Origin: a virus
IMG/VR virus record: IMGVR_UViG_3300027782_000072
Coordinates: 9,275-73,274 of that record
Length of the DNA stretch: 64,000 nt
Direction: 5' to 3' (one strand)
The notes beneath the pieces were generated by a model. That model saw only the letters and a program-made list of their open reading frames with translations, was not told where the DNA came from and did not search any database. Position 1 is the stretch's first letter. The number at the start of each line of letters is the position of its first letter. A program made the translations under genes and the position numbers. This document shows, piece after piece, positions 30,380 to 40,772 of this stretch.

Positions 30380-30674
30380 GCAGAAAAATTGTCCAACCGC
30401 TTGTATAAGCAAGATTGTATTTACGACAATCTCTTTCATAGCCGCTACCAGTGACATGACGGCCACGCATATAAACGCCACCTTGGATTTCGATGCCAGT
30501 ACGGGAGTTGGGATGAGCAAAATCTAGGCGGTAACGTTTGGAACGTTTGGTTTTAGAGTAGCGCTCTTGAAAATCTTTTTCCCAGGCATCAATTTCACTA
30601 AATTCCTTTTCCAACGGAATGAGAGGATTGTGAGCTTGCCATAGTCCTAGGAATTGATCTTCAAGAGCACTCAC
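30309..30674 (-). CDS. PD-(D/E)XK endonuclease (Vsr/DUF559-like)
   Basis: YRLDFAHP...IEIQGG...RH...DCRKYN...GW. Confidence 0.8.
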   Translation of the reverse strand: MSALEDQFLGLWQAHNPLIPLEKEFSEIDAWEKDFQERYSKTKRSKRYRLDFAHPNSRTGIEIQGGVYMRGRHVTGSGYERDCRKYNLAYTSGWTIFLLTSTMAKDVFWHALIAEHIQQAP

Positions 30675-30676
30675 TA

Positions 30677-31270
30677 TTAAACAGCAGCTAACTGTACGTT
30701 AGCTCCTTGGTTTTGATAGTTGCCAGTGTAGGCTTGCCCTACTTCCTCAATCTCCATAAGCATCACTTGCACAATGCCTTCGTTGGCATAAATACGTGCC
30801 GGAAAGGCAGTGGGATTGGAGATGCTAATCGTGAGGTAGCCAGCCCAGCCGGGTTCGATGGGCGTCACGTTGATGATGATGCCACAACGAGCGTAAGTGG
30901 ATTTGCCATCACAAATGCCCATAATGTGATCAGGCATGGAGATCAGTTCGTAACTGGTTCCAAGGCCGTAACTATGGGGAGGCAAGCGAAAATACTCACC
31001 ACCATTGCTGTGGATGAGGGGTGCCTCGTATGGGATGGTGCTATTGAAAAGCTTGGCATCCAATTCACCCTTATTGGTTCCCTTGACAGTCTTGCCATCA
31101 ACAACAAGAAAATGGTCGGGAGACAGCCGAATGTCATAACCAGCCTGGGAAAGGCCGTATGAAATAGCTTTGGTGCCATCGTCAAGAGTGCGCATCTTCT
31201 CGCCTACAAAAGGCATGAAGATGTCGTTCTCTGCAAGTTTGGCAATTTGCTTGTCGTTAAGAAGTGTCAT
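30677..31270 (-). CDS. dcd: dCTP deaminase
   Basis: Motifs SYGLSQAGYDIRL, GKSTYARCG, TPIEPGWAG and YANEGIVQ. Confidence 0.92.
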   Translation of the reverse strand: MTLLNDKQIAKLAENDIFMPFVGEKMRTLDDGTKAISYGLSQAGYDIRLSPDHFLVVDGKTVKGTNKGELDAKLFNSTIPYEAPLIHSNGGEYFRLPPHSYGLGTSYELISMPDHIMGICDGKSTYARCGIIINVTPIEPGWAGYLTISISNPTAFPARIYANEGIVQVMLMEIEEVGQAYTGNYQNQGANVQLAAV

Positions 31271-31304
31271 GGTTTGGAAGAAATGGGCGCCGTAGCGCCC
31301 GCAA

Positions 31305-31691
31305 CTATTTGGTCATGTCAAGCGTGGGAACCGGCATACCACCTTCCGTGGGAACGTAGATGGTGCGATTACCCTTCTCGCTTCCCTCTTGCAGTCCTGT
31401 GATATACAGGTATTGGAGGTAGCGAGGGTTGTCTTTGAGACTGTCGCCAATGATACGATTGGCTTCTGCCACACCCTTGGCTCGTTCGATTTCAGCGTCA
31501 GCAAGTTTGGAAGCAGAGTCCATTTTTGCTTGAGCCTCAAGAACTGCCACTTGTCTGGTGTACTCAGCCTTTTGAAGTTCAGCCTTGCCAGCAAGACTTT
31601 TTGTCCAGACGTTGTACTGCGGTCCTCCCACAAGAAGTAGCGTTAAGACCAGCAGGCCAGTGCCAGTTAGAGCAGCAAATTCTTTAGTCAC
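31305..31691 (-). CDS. membrane protein with SPFH/band-7-like coiled coil
   Basis: TM helix, then AEIERAKGVAEANRIIGDSL...YVPTEGGMP. Confidence 0.7.
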   Translation of the reverse strand: MTKEFAALTGTGLLVLTLLLVGGPQYNVWTKSLAGKAELQKAEYTRQVAVLEAQAKMDSASKLADAEIERAKGVAEANRIIGDSLKDNPRYLQYLYITGLQEGSEKGNRTIYVPTEGGMPVPTLDMTK

Positions 31692-31890
31692 GATTGAAAA
31701 TAAAACGAAGGATCATTGAGCCAGAAGCCACGGCAGCTCCAAAGCGTGCCATTTCCAACCAAGGAAACAATGGCAAAAGGCCCCACCAAAGGGGCCAAGC
31801 CATTAAGAAAATAATGAGTCCTTGAAGGAAAAGACCAATAAATCCGCCTACAAATGTTCCCAGTTGATAAGCGGGGTCTTTATCTTCCAT
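31684..31890 (-). CDS. small membrane protein
   Basis: Two hydrophobic segments; lies in the operon. Confidence 0.5.
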   Translation of the reverse strand: MEDKDPAYQLGTFVGGFIGLFLQGLIIFLMAWPLWWGLLPLFPWLEMARFGAAVASGSMILRFIFNRD

Positions 31891-31894
31891 GGTG

Positions 31895-32158
31895 TCAGAA
31901 CAGGTCGGTGGAGCTGCTGCCGCCGCCGAGGTCGTCGTTCTGCCACACAGAAGCGTAGCCCTTAGGACCTTCCTTGTCGCCCTTGATTTTGACGGAGCCA
32001 GTAAAACGAGGGGAACGATCAGAAGTCATCTTTTCGTTGGGCCATACAGCCATGTCGAGGCTGTAGTTACCACGATCATTAGCGCCAGCCTTCTTCAATG
32101 CATTGAGAAGGTCAGGGGTGAGATCAATGGCGGCAGTAATTGGGGGGCGATTTGCCAC
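31895..32158 (-). CDS. putative ssDNA-binding protein
   Basis: SPRFTGSV motif and acidic tail ending DLF; next to the exonuclease. Confidence 0.5.
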   Translation of the reverse strand: MANRPPITAAIDLTPDLLNALKKAGANDRGNYSLDMAVWPNEKMTSDRSPRFTGSVKIKGDKEGPKGYASVWQNDDLGGGSSSTDLF

Positions 32159-32215
32159 AGTGTTGCTCCTTGGAGGATGTTAGATGCCCGTGAGGGCTCG
32201 GCAAGCATAGAGGCT

Positions 32216-32980
32216 CTAGGCTCCCTTGTCAACTGTGATCGTGAAGGGCTTACCGCCTGGATAGAATTCTTCAAAATACCGGCGGGTCTTGTCGTTCATG
32301 ATCGCCGCTTGGCAAGCAAGATCACACCCATCCATCGTTACGATTTGCGCCTCCTCCCCCTCTCCCGTGTCCGGGTCGTAGATGGAGATGGCGCAATAAG
32401 CTTCGTTGATTTCAATGGAATACATTTGCTCAAGGGCCTGTGCATAGGCGCCGAGTTGCATCTTGTAATCGGCTAGGTAGCAGTCGAGCTTACGCTTATA
32501 GCTGGTTTTCCAATCGAGGAGGGCAATGTTGCCATTCTTCATCGTTGCTAGCATATCAAACGTGCCGGAATAGCCAATTTGCAACTCGGAGTTGAAGTAG
32601 GCGATGGCGCTCTCTACTAGCAATGGCTGGTCAATGGTTTCCAGAAAGGGTTCGATGGAATGGAAGTAGGGGCGATATTTGCTCTTGGCTTCAAGATGGT
32701 GCTCAATATCCTCTCCATTCCATAGATCCTCTAAGACGCCGTGCAGCCACACGCCACGATCAATGGAGCCCATGGTGCGACGATTGGCCTCTGCATCGCC
32801 CACGCGACGCCGCCAGTTGATGAGAGCCATGATCTTGCCCACTGGTGAGCATGCCCCGGCTACGGTTGTAACAGAGGGCAGAACCAGACCCGCAGGCACA
32901 TGGTCCAAACCCTCCGGCACCTTGTAATAGCGACGATTGTCCAGTTGGAGCCGGTCAGGAACAAACTGCTTGAACTGCAC
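32216..32980 (-). CDS. PD-(D/E)XK exonuclease
   Basis: Motifs PSVTTV, RGVWLH, YSGTFD, LDWKTS and QLGAY. Confidence 0.88.
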   Translation of the reverse strand: MQFKQFVPDRLQLDNRRYYKVPEGLDHVPAGLVLPSVTTVAGACSPVGKIMALINWRRRVGDAEANRRTMGSIDRGVWLHGVLEDLWNGEDIEHHLEAKSKYRPYFHSIEPFLETIDQPLLVESAIAYFNSELQIGYSGTFDMLATMKNGNIALLDWKTSYKRKLDCYLADYKMQLGAYAQALEQMYSIEINEAYCAISIYDPDTGEGEEAQIVTMDGCDLACQAAIMNDKTRRYFEEFYPGGKPFTITVDKGA

Positions 32981-33118
32981 TGGAGAGTTAACGGTTCTTT
33001 ACACAATACCCCCCAGAGCGGTAGTAGCCAAGGGGACACGTGCCGGAATAGTTGATGGGCTCGTTGCAAGCCGCCACTGGCAGGGAAAATGCAATGACAA
33101 TGAGAGCAATGATGGTTT

Positions 33119-33379
33119 TCATGGTTCAACGAAAGTTAATGGACGATTCATGTCAACTTTGTAGTGGTCAATGATGGCGCCAGTGCCACGGTCCCAAGTG
33201 GTACCGCAGTCTGGACATTGCCATGCATAGCCACGATCCTCACGCCAAGACGACAGGTAGATCACTCTGGAAAACCATTTGGATCCGCCAAAGTGGTGTT
33301 GGCTTTCTTCTGGGATGGGCTTGTCATGCCACAGGCTTCCGCATTCAGGACAGTTTTTAATGTCTGAAAAATTGGTCAT
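33119..33379 (-). CDS. zinc-ribbon protein
   Basis: CPECG...CPDCG. Confidence 0.6.
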   Translation of the reverse strand: MTNFSDIKNCPECGSLWHDKPIPEESQHHFGGSKWFSRVIYLSSWREDRGYAWQCPDCGTTWDRGTGAIIDHYKVDMNRPLTFVEP

Positions 33380-33717
33380 TTCAAAACTTCCCCCCAGCAA
33401 ATGCGATTTGCTTGCCATAGCAGAGCCCTGCACAAATGGTTTTCAGAAGGGTCCGGGTCAGAAGCATATACGGAATGTGCTGATTCCCATGCACTTAGCC
33501 ATTGTTCCTTGGTAGGAAACTTCATTTCATTTTGATGGTCCATTGGTAAATAAGTTCAAAGAAATAAACAATGGGCAAAACTGTTAAGCCCAACAAAAGC
33601 AGGCCAATAATAGTAGTGATGATGCTTGCAATTAGCATGGCTCGTCAAGGGGAGAATCATCAGCATTGGTAATAATTTGGCCCTTGAAAACAAGAGCCAA
33701 ACGTGCCGCTGCCAGGT

Positions 33718-34629
33718 CTAAAGCTTTCCCGCAACGAATACTTCCACTCCTTTAATGGCCTGCTCAACAGTGCCTTCGGCGCAAATTGCACGAAGAGTCA
33801 TAAGTTCTTGTGCCATTGCAACTTTGGTAAGCTTGATGCCTTTTTCTTTAATCCAAGTACCAACCATGGCGGCAATCACATTGGCGAGCATGTGACCATC
33901 CTTAAGGTCGTCACCCTTCGCAAGCCCAAGGCTTTCAAGACCAAGCTTTGCTGCCATCAAGCTTTGCTGGGAATCTCCATATTGAAGGGGATTGGCTTTG
34001 CAGAAGGCGGTGAGGGCTTCCTTTCCATTAAAGGCAGGAGCCCCCGCTCCTCCAGCAGCAGGAATGCTTGCTGTAGTAGGCGCTTTGTCCTGAGGCGATA
34101 CCGCTGCTGGTTTCTTGCTCTCCTGTTGGAGGGGGAGTTTGGGCGCAGCTTGTACGTTGCCATCGTCGGAAGTGGGAATGTCTTCGCCGGAGTAAAGCTT
34201 GAGGCCAAGGCCAGTGAAAGTAGCAATGCACTTAACGCTTGCACGTTGAATGTTGTCACTCACCTGACGAGCATCAAGCTCCTTCACGGCATTGTGCTTG
34301 TTGTCCATCAATGGAAAGACCAATGCAGGAGTACGACGGCAACCATCCGTGAGGTAGGCCCGCAGAATCCAGCAGCCAGTTTGGCCAAACACTGGCCATC
34401 CCATTGTGCTCTCCTCAAACGCCACAAACAGCGTGGGGAATTGCTCTTTTAGGTAGCGGAAGGCAAACGGCCAGGACAGATAGGAGAGCCCTTTGTAATT
34501 CTTCTCAACGTGCTCGCCAATGGGCAGCATGTAAGCCTTGGTGAATTGCTCAGGCGTAATCTCCAAGGGCGAGAACAGACCATTCATACGGTCAGAGAGG
34601 GCTAGCGATGCGGGGGATGTAAGGTCCAT
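33718..34629 (-). CDS. single-strand annealing protein (Sak3/DUF1071-like)
   Basis: HVEK..GLSYLSW, PLMDNKHNAV, IQRASVKCIA..GLGLKLYSGED. Confidence 0.8.
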   Translation of the reverse strand: MDLTSPASLALSDRMNGLFSPLEITPEQFTKAYMLPIGEHVEKNYKGLSYLSWPFAFRYLKEQFPTLFVAFEESTMGWPVFGQTGCWILRAYLTDGCRRTPALVFPLMDNKHNAVKELDARQVSDNIQRASVKCIATFTGLGLKLYSGEDIPTSDDGNVQAAPKLPLQQESKKPAAVSPQDKAPTTASIPAAGGAGAPAFNGKEALTAFCKANPLQYGDSQQSLMAAKLGLESLGLAKGDDLKDGHMLANVIAAMVGTWIKEKGIKLTKVAMAQELMTLRAICAEGTVEQAIKGVEVFVAGKL

Positions 34630-34669
34630 GGGGAAAGAAAAAACGTCAGAAAAACAAGATTGTGTCACT

Positions 34670-34936
34670 TTACAATTCAGGGGCAGAACTGTCCAGGTTT
34701 TGAATGAGGTCATACATGATGACCACTTTGTTGGTAATTTGCTCTGCATGATTGACAAGACTGTCGCCAGGCAGTGGCCAGTCGCGAGTCACTCGCACGT
34801 CCGTAATGCCTTCAACGTGCTTCCAGTCAAAACCTTCTTCCATGGCACCCTCCTCAAAACAGAGCACCACTTCCATGTCTTCATGGTCCATGATGTAGGC
34901 AGCTTGAAGAGCTTCAATCAACTGAGAGATTTTCAT
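34670..34936 (-). CDS. hypothetical protein
   Basis: MKISQLIEALQ start; overlaps the upstream gene. Confidence 0.5.
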   Translation of the reverse strand: MKISQLIEALQAAYIMDHEDMEVVLCFEEGAMEEGFDWKHVEGITDVRVTRDWPLPGDSLVNHAEQITNKVVIMYDLIQNLDSSAPEL

Positions 34937-35171
34937 AATCATCAAAAGAAGGTGGTAGTTCGGGCGCGGTGTAATCCACGCATAGGGACCATGCCCCATT
35001 AGAAAGGCTCGTGGAGCCCTCCCATGCGGGAGTGCAACGAATGAGCCGCTCAAGAGCTTCACTGCGAGACAGCTTGGCCTCTGAGGCAATGTTGTCTAAA
35101 TGGTCAACGGCATCCTGCGTGAGCGTAAAATGCCTTTTGGTTTTAGGGCTGTCGTAGTTGGATTTCGGCAT
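34914..35171 (-). CDS. ribbon-helix-helix DNA-binding protein
   Basis: KRHFTLTQDAVDHLDNIASEAKLSRSEALERLIR; divergent from the primase-helicase. Confidence 0.7.
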   Translation of the reverse strand: MPKSNYDSPKTKRHFTLTQDAVDHLDNIASEAKLSRSEALERLIRCTPAWEGSTSLSNGAWSLCVDYTAPELPPSFDDYENLSVD

Positions 35172-35318
35172 GCAGTGGCGCCGTGGTTCCTCCCCACAAT
35201 ACCCGCAGAAGCCAATTGAGCAAGCCTTCGAGAGATAAGGATGCCTTATGGCCACTGGGATTGCAGGAAAACGCTCTAGGTGCCATGATGCAAAGCGGCA
35301 TACCATATTCCCTTTTTC

Positions 35319-37283
35319 ATGACATTCTCGATCCTGGACTTCCTGGACCAACTGGAGCCCAGTAAGGAATCAGGCAAATTCATGTGTCCCGCGTGCGGGA
35401 ACAATGATTTCTCAGTCAACAAGAAGAATGGTGCCTACACCTGCTGGCACGACGACACGCCTGCCCACCGGGCTGAAATCAGGGACGTGCTGGCTCCCAT
35501 GGTGCGTTGGGAAAAGCCACCGAGAGATGCTGGTAACTACACCTTTTCCTACAGGAACCAAACCGGCCTGGAAGTGGTGAGGGTTCACCGCAGTGATGTG
35601 TCCGGCAGCAAGCGCATCTGGCAGGAATTCCCCACCATCGACACAAGCGCTACTGGCCAGAAGACACAGCTTCAGGAGGTGAAGGCCAACATCCTGCCCT
35701 TCATGTATGAAGAGGCCATTGCCGAGAGCGCCAAAACTGGCCTCCCCATTGTCGTTGTAGAAGGTGAACTCACCTGCCAGGCCGTCTGGAGCATTGGCCT
35801 GCCTTCCGTCACCTTCCTGGGTGGCAGTAAGCAGTACCGCACCAATGGCGACTACGCCAGCCTCTTCAAGAATCAGAAGCTGGTGCTAGCTCCCGATAGG
35901 GACGAGCAAGGTGTTGCCTTCATGAAGGAAGTGGAAGCCGACAACCCTGGAGCACAGTGGCTCTACGCTGATCCACGCTCTTGGGAATGGCAAAACCTGC
36001 CCAGTGGCAACGGTCTTGACCTGGCTGATTACATCGCTGAGGGTGTCACCAAAGATGACTTGCTTGCCTCCATCGTCTCCAAGGGCAAGCATTCCGGCAA
36101 GGATGGTAAGCCTGCCTATGAGGAGATTATTTCAACAGTGGAGAATTTTGTTGGCCTCTATGCCAATGATGCTCGTATCACCTACGAAACTGCCAACTGG
36201 CTAGAAATGCGTGGTGTGAAGATGAGCCAAAACAATGTTGATAAGATTATTGACGAGGCCAAAAGTCGCATCTATGGCAAGGAGGAAATTGAAACCATTG
36301 ACGCTCTCACCATTGCCAATGCAGACCAATGCCGTGAATGGTTGATTGCTGGCATCATGCCCCTGGGTAGCGTCATGCTGCTGGCCGCTTCTGGAGGCAC
36401 TGGCAAAAGCACCATCGTCTACAACTGGGCACTCAAGATTGCTCTTGGTGAACCATGGAGTGGAAGACGTTGCCATAAAGGCAAGAGTCTGATCATTCAA
36501 AGTGATGAACCATTGGTGGACACCAGCGAAAAGCTTGGCGTTATTGGTTTCAGAGAGGCTGGTCTGGAGGCTGGCATCATTGACTTCTGGGAGAACTGGC
36601 GCTTCGGCCACATGAAGCAACTTGAAGACTATGTGAGGAAGAACCGGCCAGTCTTTGTTGCCATTGACTCTCTTACTGCCTGTCTGTCTGGCATGGACGT
36701 AGATTTGGTGAAGAGCAATGCTGGTGATGTCATCTATGGGTTGCGCGACATTGCCAATCAATACAAATGCAGCATTATCATTCTTCACCACTTAAACAAA
36801 AGCGGGGGCCTCAGGGATTCCACCAGTTTCGTAGACAACGTTAGTGAAGTGGTAAAACTTACTCGCTCTGAGAACAATGGCGACCCCAATCAATTCATCC
36901 TCGAATGGTTGAAAAGCAGGAGTGGCCTCACTGGTAAGCACGTGTTGCAGCGCGACACCTTGTCCTATGGCTGGCACTACGCAGGCCCTCAGGGCGGTTC
37001 CTTGGAAGAGCTGGATCAAGTGGTGAATACGGTCAACATGCGTAAAGCAGAGCGTTTCACTAAGCAACAAGTGGCAATGATCTCTGGCAGCTTGGACACC
37101 TCATCCACGGGCAAAATGCTAGAAGTGGCACGTCGGCAAGGTTTAATCACCAGTAGCTTCGAGGTGGGGCCCAATGACGAACGCAAGCGTCTTTATCACT
37201 CCTGGGACTACGCAGATCCTGACGTTGACAATATTGATTTTGTTGAGGCTCCCGCTCCTGTAACAGCGCACGATTTCTTTTAA
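35319..37283 (+). CDS. primase-helicase (Zn finger + TOPRIM + RecA-like AAA_25)
   Basis: CPAC zinc finger; VVEGE and PDRDEQG (TOPRIM); Walker A ASGGTGKS; AIDSL; ILHHLNK. Confidence 0.88.
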   Translation: MTFSILDFLDQLEPSKESGKFMCPACGNNDFSVNKKNGAYTCWHDDTPAHRAEIRDVLAPMVRWEKPPRDAGNYTFSYRNQTGLEVVRVHRSDVSGSKRIWQEFPTIDTSATGQKTQLQEVKANILPFMYEEAIAESAKTGLPIVVVEGELTCQAVWSIGLPSVTFLGGSKQYRTNGDYASLFKNQKLVLAPDRDEQGVAFMKEVEADNPGAQWLYADPRSWEWQNLPSGNGLDLADYIAEGVTKDDLLASIVSKGKHSGKDGKPAYEEIISTVENFVGLYANDARITYETANWLEMRGVKMSQNNVDKIIDEAKSRIYGKEEIETIDALTIANADQCREWLIAGIMPLGSVMLLAASGGTGKSTIVYNWALKIALGEPWSGRRCHKGKSLIIQSDEPLVDTSEKLGVIGFREAGLEAGIIDFWENWRFGHMKQLEDYVRKNRPVFVAIDSLTACLSGMDVDLVKSNAGDVIYGLRDIANQYKCSIIILHHLNKSGGLRDSTSFVDNVSEVVKLTRSENNGDPNQFILEWLKSRSGLTGKHVLQRDTLSYGWHYAGPQGGSLEELDQVVNTVNMRKAERFTKQQVAMISGSLDTSSTGKMLEVARRQGLITSSFEVGPNDERKRLYHSWDYADPDVDNIDFVEAPAPVTAHDFF

Positions 37284-37667
37284 ACTGTAGGCAGTTGTAA
37301 TAACTGCCATGATCATCTGGGACAAAGGTTTTATCAAACCAGTAGTTGTGAAGGAGGAGTCCGTTGAGGCTCCTTTTTCAGTGCCTGAAGCTGTCGAGAC
37401 AGTAGCTATTGAGCCAGAGGTGGTGCCTGAGCAAGGCTGGGCTGGTAAAGGCTTTGGCTGGTCCTCATAGGCCAATTCTTTAGCTGGCACATTTGAGCTT
37501 GGTGGGGGTGTGTAGACTCGTCCCGTTCTTTTCCATCGTTCCGCTCTCCTAACCATCCTTTGCCGAGCGCCGTTCGCGAGGGTAGGCCCCCAAGGCCGTC
37601 GTTTTGTTGGCGCTCTTTACTTTTTCTCGCTTCTTCTCTATATTGGCTACGACATCAACGTCGTCCA

Positions 37668-37907
37668 ATGCCTACCGCTCCACAATCTCCCGATCAGCTT
37701 CCCTCCATTGACCACAATGGAACGCTAATCGAGGTGCTCTGTCATCACGGCTACTCAACGCCAGACCGTGGACCAAGGCCGTCATCACGAGTCATGTATG
37801 GTGCTCGTGACAAGAAGGGTGAACGCCATTGGCGGTCATCCCTGCACGAAATTACAAGCCTGATTGATCATGGCTTTAAAACCAACGCAGTGGCATCAGG
37901 AATTTGA
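37668..37907 (+). CDS. hypothetical protein
   Basis: ATG at 37668; lies in the operon. Confidence 0.45.
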   Translation: MPTAPQSPDQLPSIDHNGTLIEVLCHHGYSTPDRGPRPSSRVMYGARDKKGERHWRSSLHEITSLIDHGFKTNAVASGI

Positions 37908-38218
37908 CAATGGAAGAAATCAACGAACTAATTGGAAAACTTGCAACAATTAAGGCTGCACAAAAAGTGTATGCAGAGAAGGAAACGTTTTACAAAGATT
38001 TGTTAATGAAATTCCTAAAGGAATTTGATCTTGATAAGGAGGACACTGAGCATGGTTCTGTTCGCATTCAACGTCGTTCTGAAAAGGACTATGGCGAAGA
38101 AGTGAGAAAGCAGGAAAGTAGCCTCAAGGAACTTAAGAAATTAAAAGATGACATTGGTGATTATGAAATCATCAAAACCAGTGAAAGCCTTGTATTTAAT
38201 TTCCCTACCAAGTCATGA
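37904..38218 (+). CDS. coiled-coil protein (Gp157/Gam-like)
   Basis: Helical N-terminus followed by G.V.I..R. Confidence 0.4.
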   Translation: MTMEEINELIGKLATIKAAQKVYAEKETFYKDLLMKFLKEFDLDKEDTEHGSVRIQRRSEKDYGEEVRKQESSLKELKKLKDDIGDYEIIKTSESLVFNFPTKS

Positions 38219-38297
38219 TTACATTTTTAATTTGGTTTGCCATTGGTTTTGTTGCTGCTTCCATTTTTGCTGATTCCATTTTTTCGGAGTAATTACC

Positions 38298-38990
38298 ATG
38301 CCAATGCCTGATATTAATTTTGCTTCTCCAGAAGCAGAACTCAAATATGGAGTGAAAACTCTTCTGGAGGCTGGCTTCACTGCAAAGCAAATTGATCGCA
38401 TCAGGCATGAAGTTGGGCTTGGTGCTGACAAAACTCCTTACAACAAGGAGCTCATGGGGCAACGCCGTCATATGACAAGCGAGCTGCTGGCAGCCAACAT
38501 GAGCAACAGTCAAATTGCTCGCGTGTTGCAGCTAAGCAAGGAAACTGTCAATGCAGATAGAAAGCACATTAGGCAGCTCTATACAGAAGAAATTCTCAAG
38601 AGTGCTGATGTGCATCGTGCCCGCCTCCTCAAGGAACAAATGGACCTTAAGGACGTGGCAATGAAAAGCTTTGAAGGCAGCAAAAAGAAACGCACTATCA
38701 CCACCAGCGAAAGTAGCGATGCAGATGACTCTTCAATTATTAGAACAGAAGAAAGCGCTGGCGATGCCAGCTTTTTAAACGTGGCAAAGAACTGTCTTGT
38801 TGAACAAGCCAAACTCCTGGGCCTCAATGAACTACGTCCACAGCAGGAAGAGAAGAAAGACTACAAGAGCTTTCTGGATGACCTGGCAAAGACTGTGGGC
38901 GACATCAAAGAGCGTGAAGCTAATGCCACTGCCATTGATACCACTTCCTTTGATGACGATGCTTCCACCGCCATTGTTTCACTATCTTGA
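38298..38990 (+). CDS. HTH protein, possible terminase small subunit
   Basis: HTH MSNSQIARVLQLSKETVNAD; GDASFLNVAKNC...AKLLGL. Confidence 0.5.
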   Translation: MPMPDINFASPEAELKYGVKTLLEAGFTAKQIDRIRHEVGLGADKTPYNKELMGQRRHMTSELLAANMSNSQIARVLQLSKETVNADRKHIRQLYTEEILKSADVHRARLLKEQMDLKDVAMKSFEGSKKKRTITTSESSDADDSSIIRTEESAGDASFLNVAKNCLVEQAKLLGLNELRPQQEEKKDYKSFLDDLAKTVGDIKEREANATAIDTTSFDDDASTAIVSLS

Positions 38991-39038
38991 CAAGCGCCTA
39001 GCTTTTAAGGCAGACTATACGCATCCTCTTCTTCCTCT

Positions 39039-39494
39039 ATGGAATTTGGTTCTGTTGACGACTTTCTTCGTAAGGCCACTAATGCCAAGAAAGTTGAACG
39101 CGACGTAATTGACGAGGAACTCAGTGACATGCTGGATAATCCAGCGGTCTTTGGCATTCCGCCTGAATTAGCTAAAACGCTAGAAGGCATGCTGGAGCAA
39201 TATGGTGATGAAAGCCTTCGTCAAGTGGGGATGTTTTGTATTGGCAAATGGATGCACATCCACAATCAAACCATCCAGGCTCATGTGGAAGCAGAGGGCT
39301 GGCCAGAAGCTCTTCTAACTATGAATGACGTGAGCAAACTCTCCACTGCCCTTCGCATCATTGAAGAAGTGGGCAGCTTTGGTGGTAGTGAGCAATGGAC
39401 AAAAATGTTGAAGGCCCTGGTGGGCCAAGCAGTTATGGAAAGCTGTGAAGACAAAGGTATTGACATTTTTTCATTCTTTAACAACAATGATTAA
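39039..39494 (+). CDS. hypothetical protein
   Basis: 151-aa ORF in the operon. Confidence 0.55.
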   Translation: MEFGSVDDFLRKATNAKKVERDVIDEELSDMLDNPAVFGIPPELAKTLEGMLEQYGDESLRQVGMFCIGKWMHIHNQTIQAHVEAEGWPEALLTMNDVSKLSTALRIIEEVGSFGGSEQWTKMLKALVGQAVMESCEDKGIDIFSFFNNND

Positions 39495-39646
39495 AGGCAA
39501 TATGTTTGACGTGTTTGCCGTTAAATTTTCTGACGGACAAGAAATCTCCTTAATTGCCAAAGATGCAGAAACTGCCCGCGCTTTAACTCAGCATTCATAT
39601 CCCAAAAAACAAATTGTCAAAGTTTGGGAAATCACCTACTACGATT

Positions 39647-40048
39647 ATGACAAATAAACTTCCCCCCATTGTTAATCTCTGTATTCCGCCAGCTTTGTTG
39701 GCCGATGCCGAGGCCATTGCCGCCGAGAATCCACCAGTTCATCCTGCGTGGTGCAAACTGCAGCGCCGTGGCAAGCATTTTGTCATTCGAACGAACGATT
39801 TAGAAGACATCACTGAAGTGGCTGACTGGGCCCGGTCAGCTTTAGTAGAACCGGCTAGCCCTTTAACAAAGGCCAAAAGACAAGCCTTCCAGGCTGTCCT
39901 GGACAGGGCTAATCGCTATGCCGAGATGGTGCCGCTTGGCTTCTCCCATTGCATGGCAGTGAAATGGCGTGACAAGCCATTGTCAGTGGGCAGTTATGTT
40001 CGCAGTGATGGCAGCCTCAAAAGCGAGGCTAAAGATAAGAAACGCTAA
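39647..40048 (+). CDS. hypothetical protein
   Basis: ORF in the operon. Confidence 0.5.
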   Translation: MTNKLPPIVNLCIPPALLADAEAIAAENPPVHPAWCKLQRRGKHFVIRTNDLEDITEVADWARSALVEPASPLTKAKRQAFQAVLDRANRYAEMVPLGFSHCMAVKWRDKPLSVGSYVRSDGSLKSEAKDKKR

Positions 40049-40113
40049 TAGCCACAAGGCTTGACTTCCCCCATTGTCTCGTTCATTGTGGGCCAGTACC
40101 CAACAGACCAGCG

Positions 40114-40446
40114 ATGGTTCCTCTCATGGCTCTCTTCCTGGAAAGCATTCCCAACACTACTAGCGTCTTCACTGACAAGGGCGCAATGGTAATGAATCTT
40201 GACCAGCCCGTAGTTGCCTGGCACTTTCACATTAAAGAGCTTGAGGAGTGGCTAACCACTCTTGAGGAAGCAATGGCAAAAGAAACCAATGCTGGCAATC
40301 GTCGTTCTTTCGAAGGCATGTATTTCTCGATGAAGACTGCTTATCGTAAGCATCTTGACCAGCATGAGGAAGTGCAAAGCCAAGCTCCCACTGCTGACGA
40401 CCTCCAGGCTTATCTTTCTGCTTACGCTGCTGCCATTGCATCATGA
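40114..40446 (+). CDS. hypothetical protein
   Basis: ORF coupled to the next gene. Confidence 0.5.
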   Translation: MVPLMALFLESIPNTTSVFTDKGAMVMNLDQPVVAWHFHIKELEEWLTTLEEAMAKETNAGNRRSFEGMYFSMKTAYRKHLDQHEEVQSQAPTADDLQAYLSAYAAAIAS

Positions 40447-40772
40447 CTAATTCTTTCCCAATCCCCTCCCCACCGCAGGAGCTGCGCGACAAGTGGCTCG
40501 ACAAAGCACCGAACACCAGCGTGTACGACTACCTCATTGACAGCGCCGCCCGCTGGGGCGCCGACCAGGAGCTGGAGGCGTGTTGTGCGTGGCTGGTGAA
40601 ACTCCAGAGCCTTCACTATATCAATGCCCTCCGCACCTCCCGCCGCCCCAAGCCGCTAACGCTGAAGGAGCGGGCATTGGAGACATTTGATAAACTTGAG
40701 CATCTTTTTGATGGGTATGGACACGACGGGGAAACCATCCGCGAAGCCCTGGAGGCATTGCCCAGTGACTGA
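40443..40772 (+). CDS. hypothetical protein of a type seen in Synechococcus siphoviruses
   Basis: AARWGADQELEACC.WL...RRPKPLTLKERAL, recognised from memory. Confidence 0.6.
   Translation: MTNSFPIPSPPQELRDKWLDKAPNTSVYDYLIDSAARWGADQELEACCAWLVKLQSLHYINALRTSRRPKPLTLKERALETFDKLEHLFDGYGHDGETIREALEALPSD

Noticed and set aside
32216-32980. Cas4 as an adaptation module for the array
   Set aside because: It lacks the Cas4 Fe-S cysteine cluster, sits in the recombination operon with the SSAP, and is 9 kb away.
33703-34452. Long antisense ORFs (e.g. 33703..34452, 36201..36791, 57468..58070)
   Set aside because: They are shadows of well-supported genes on the opposite strand.
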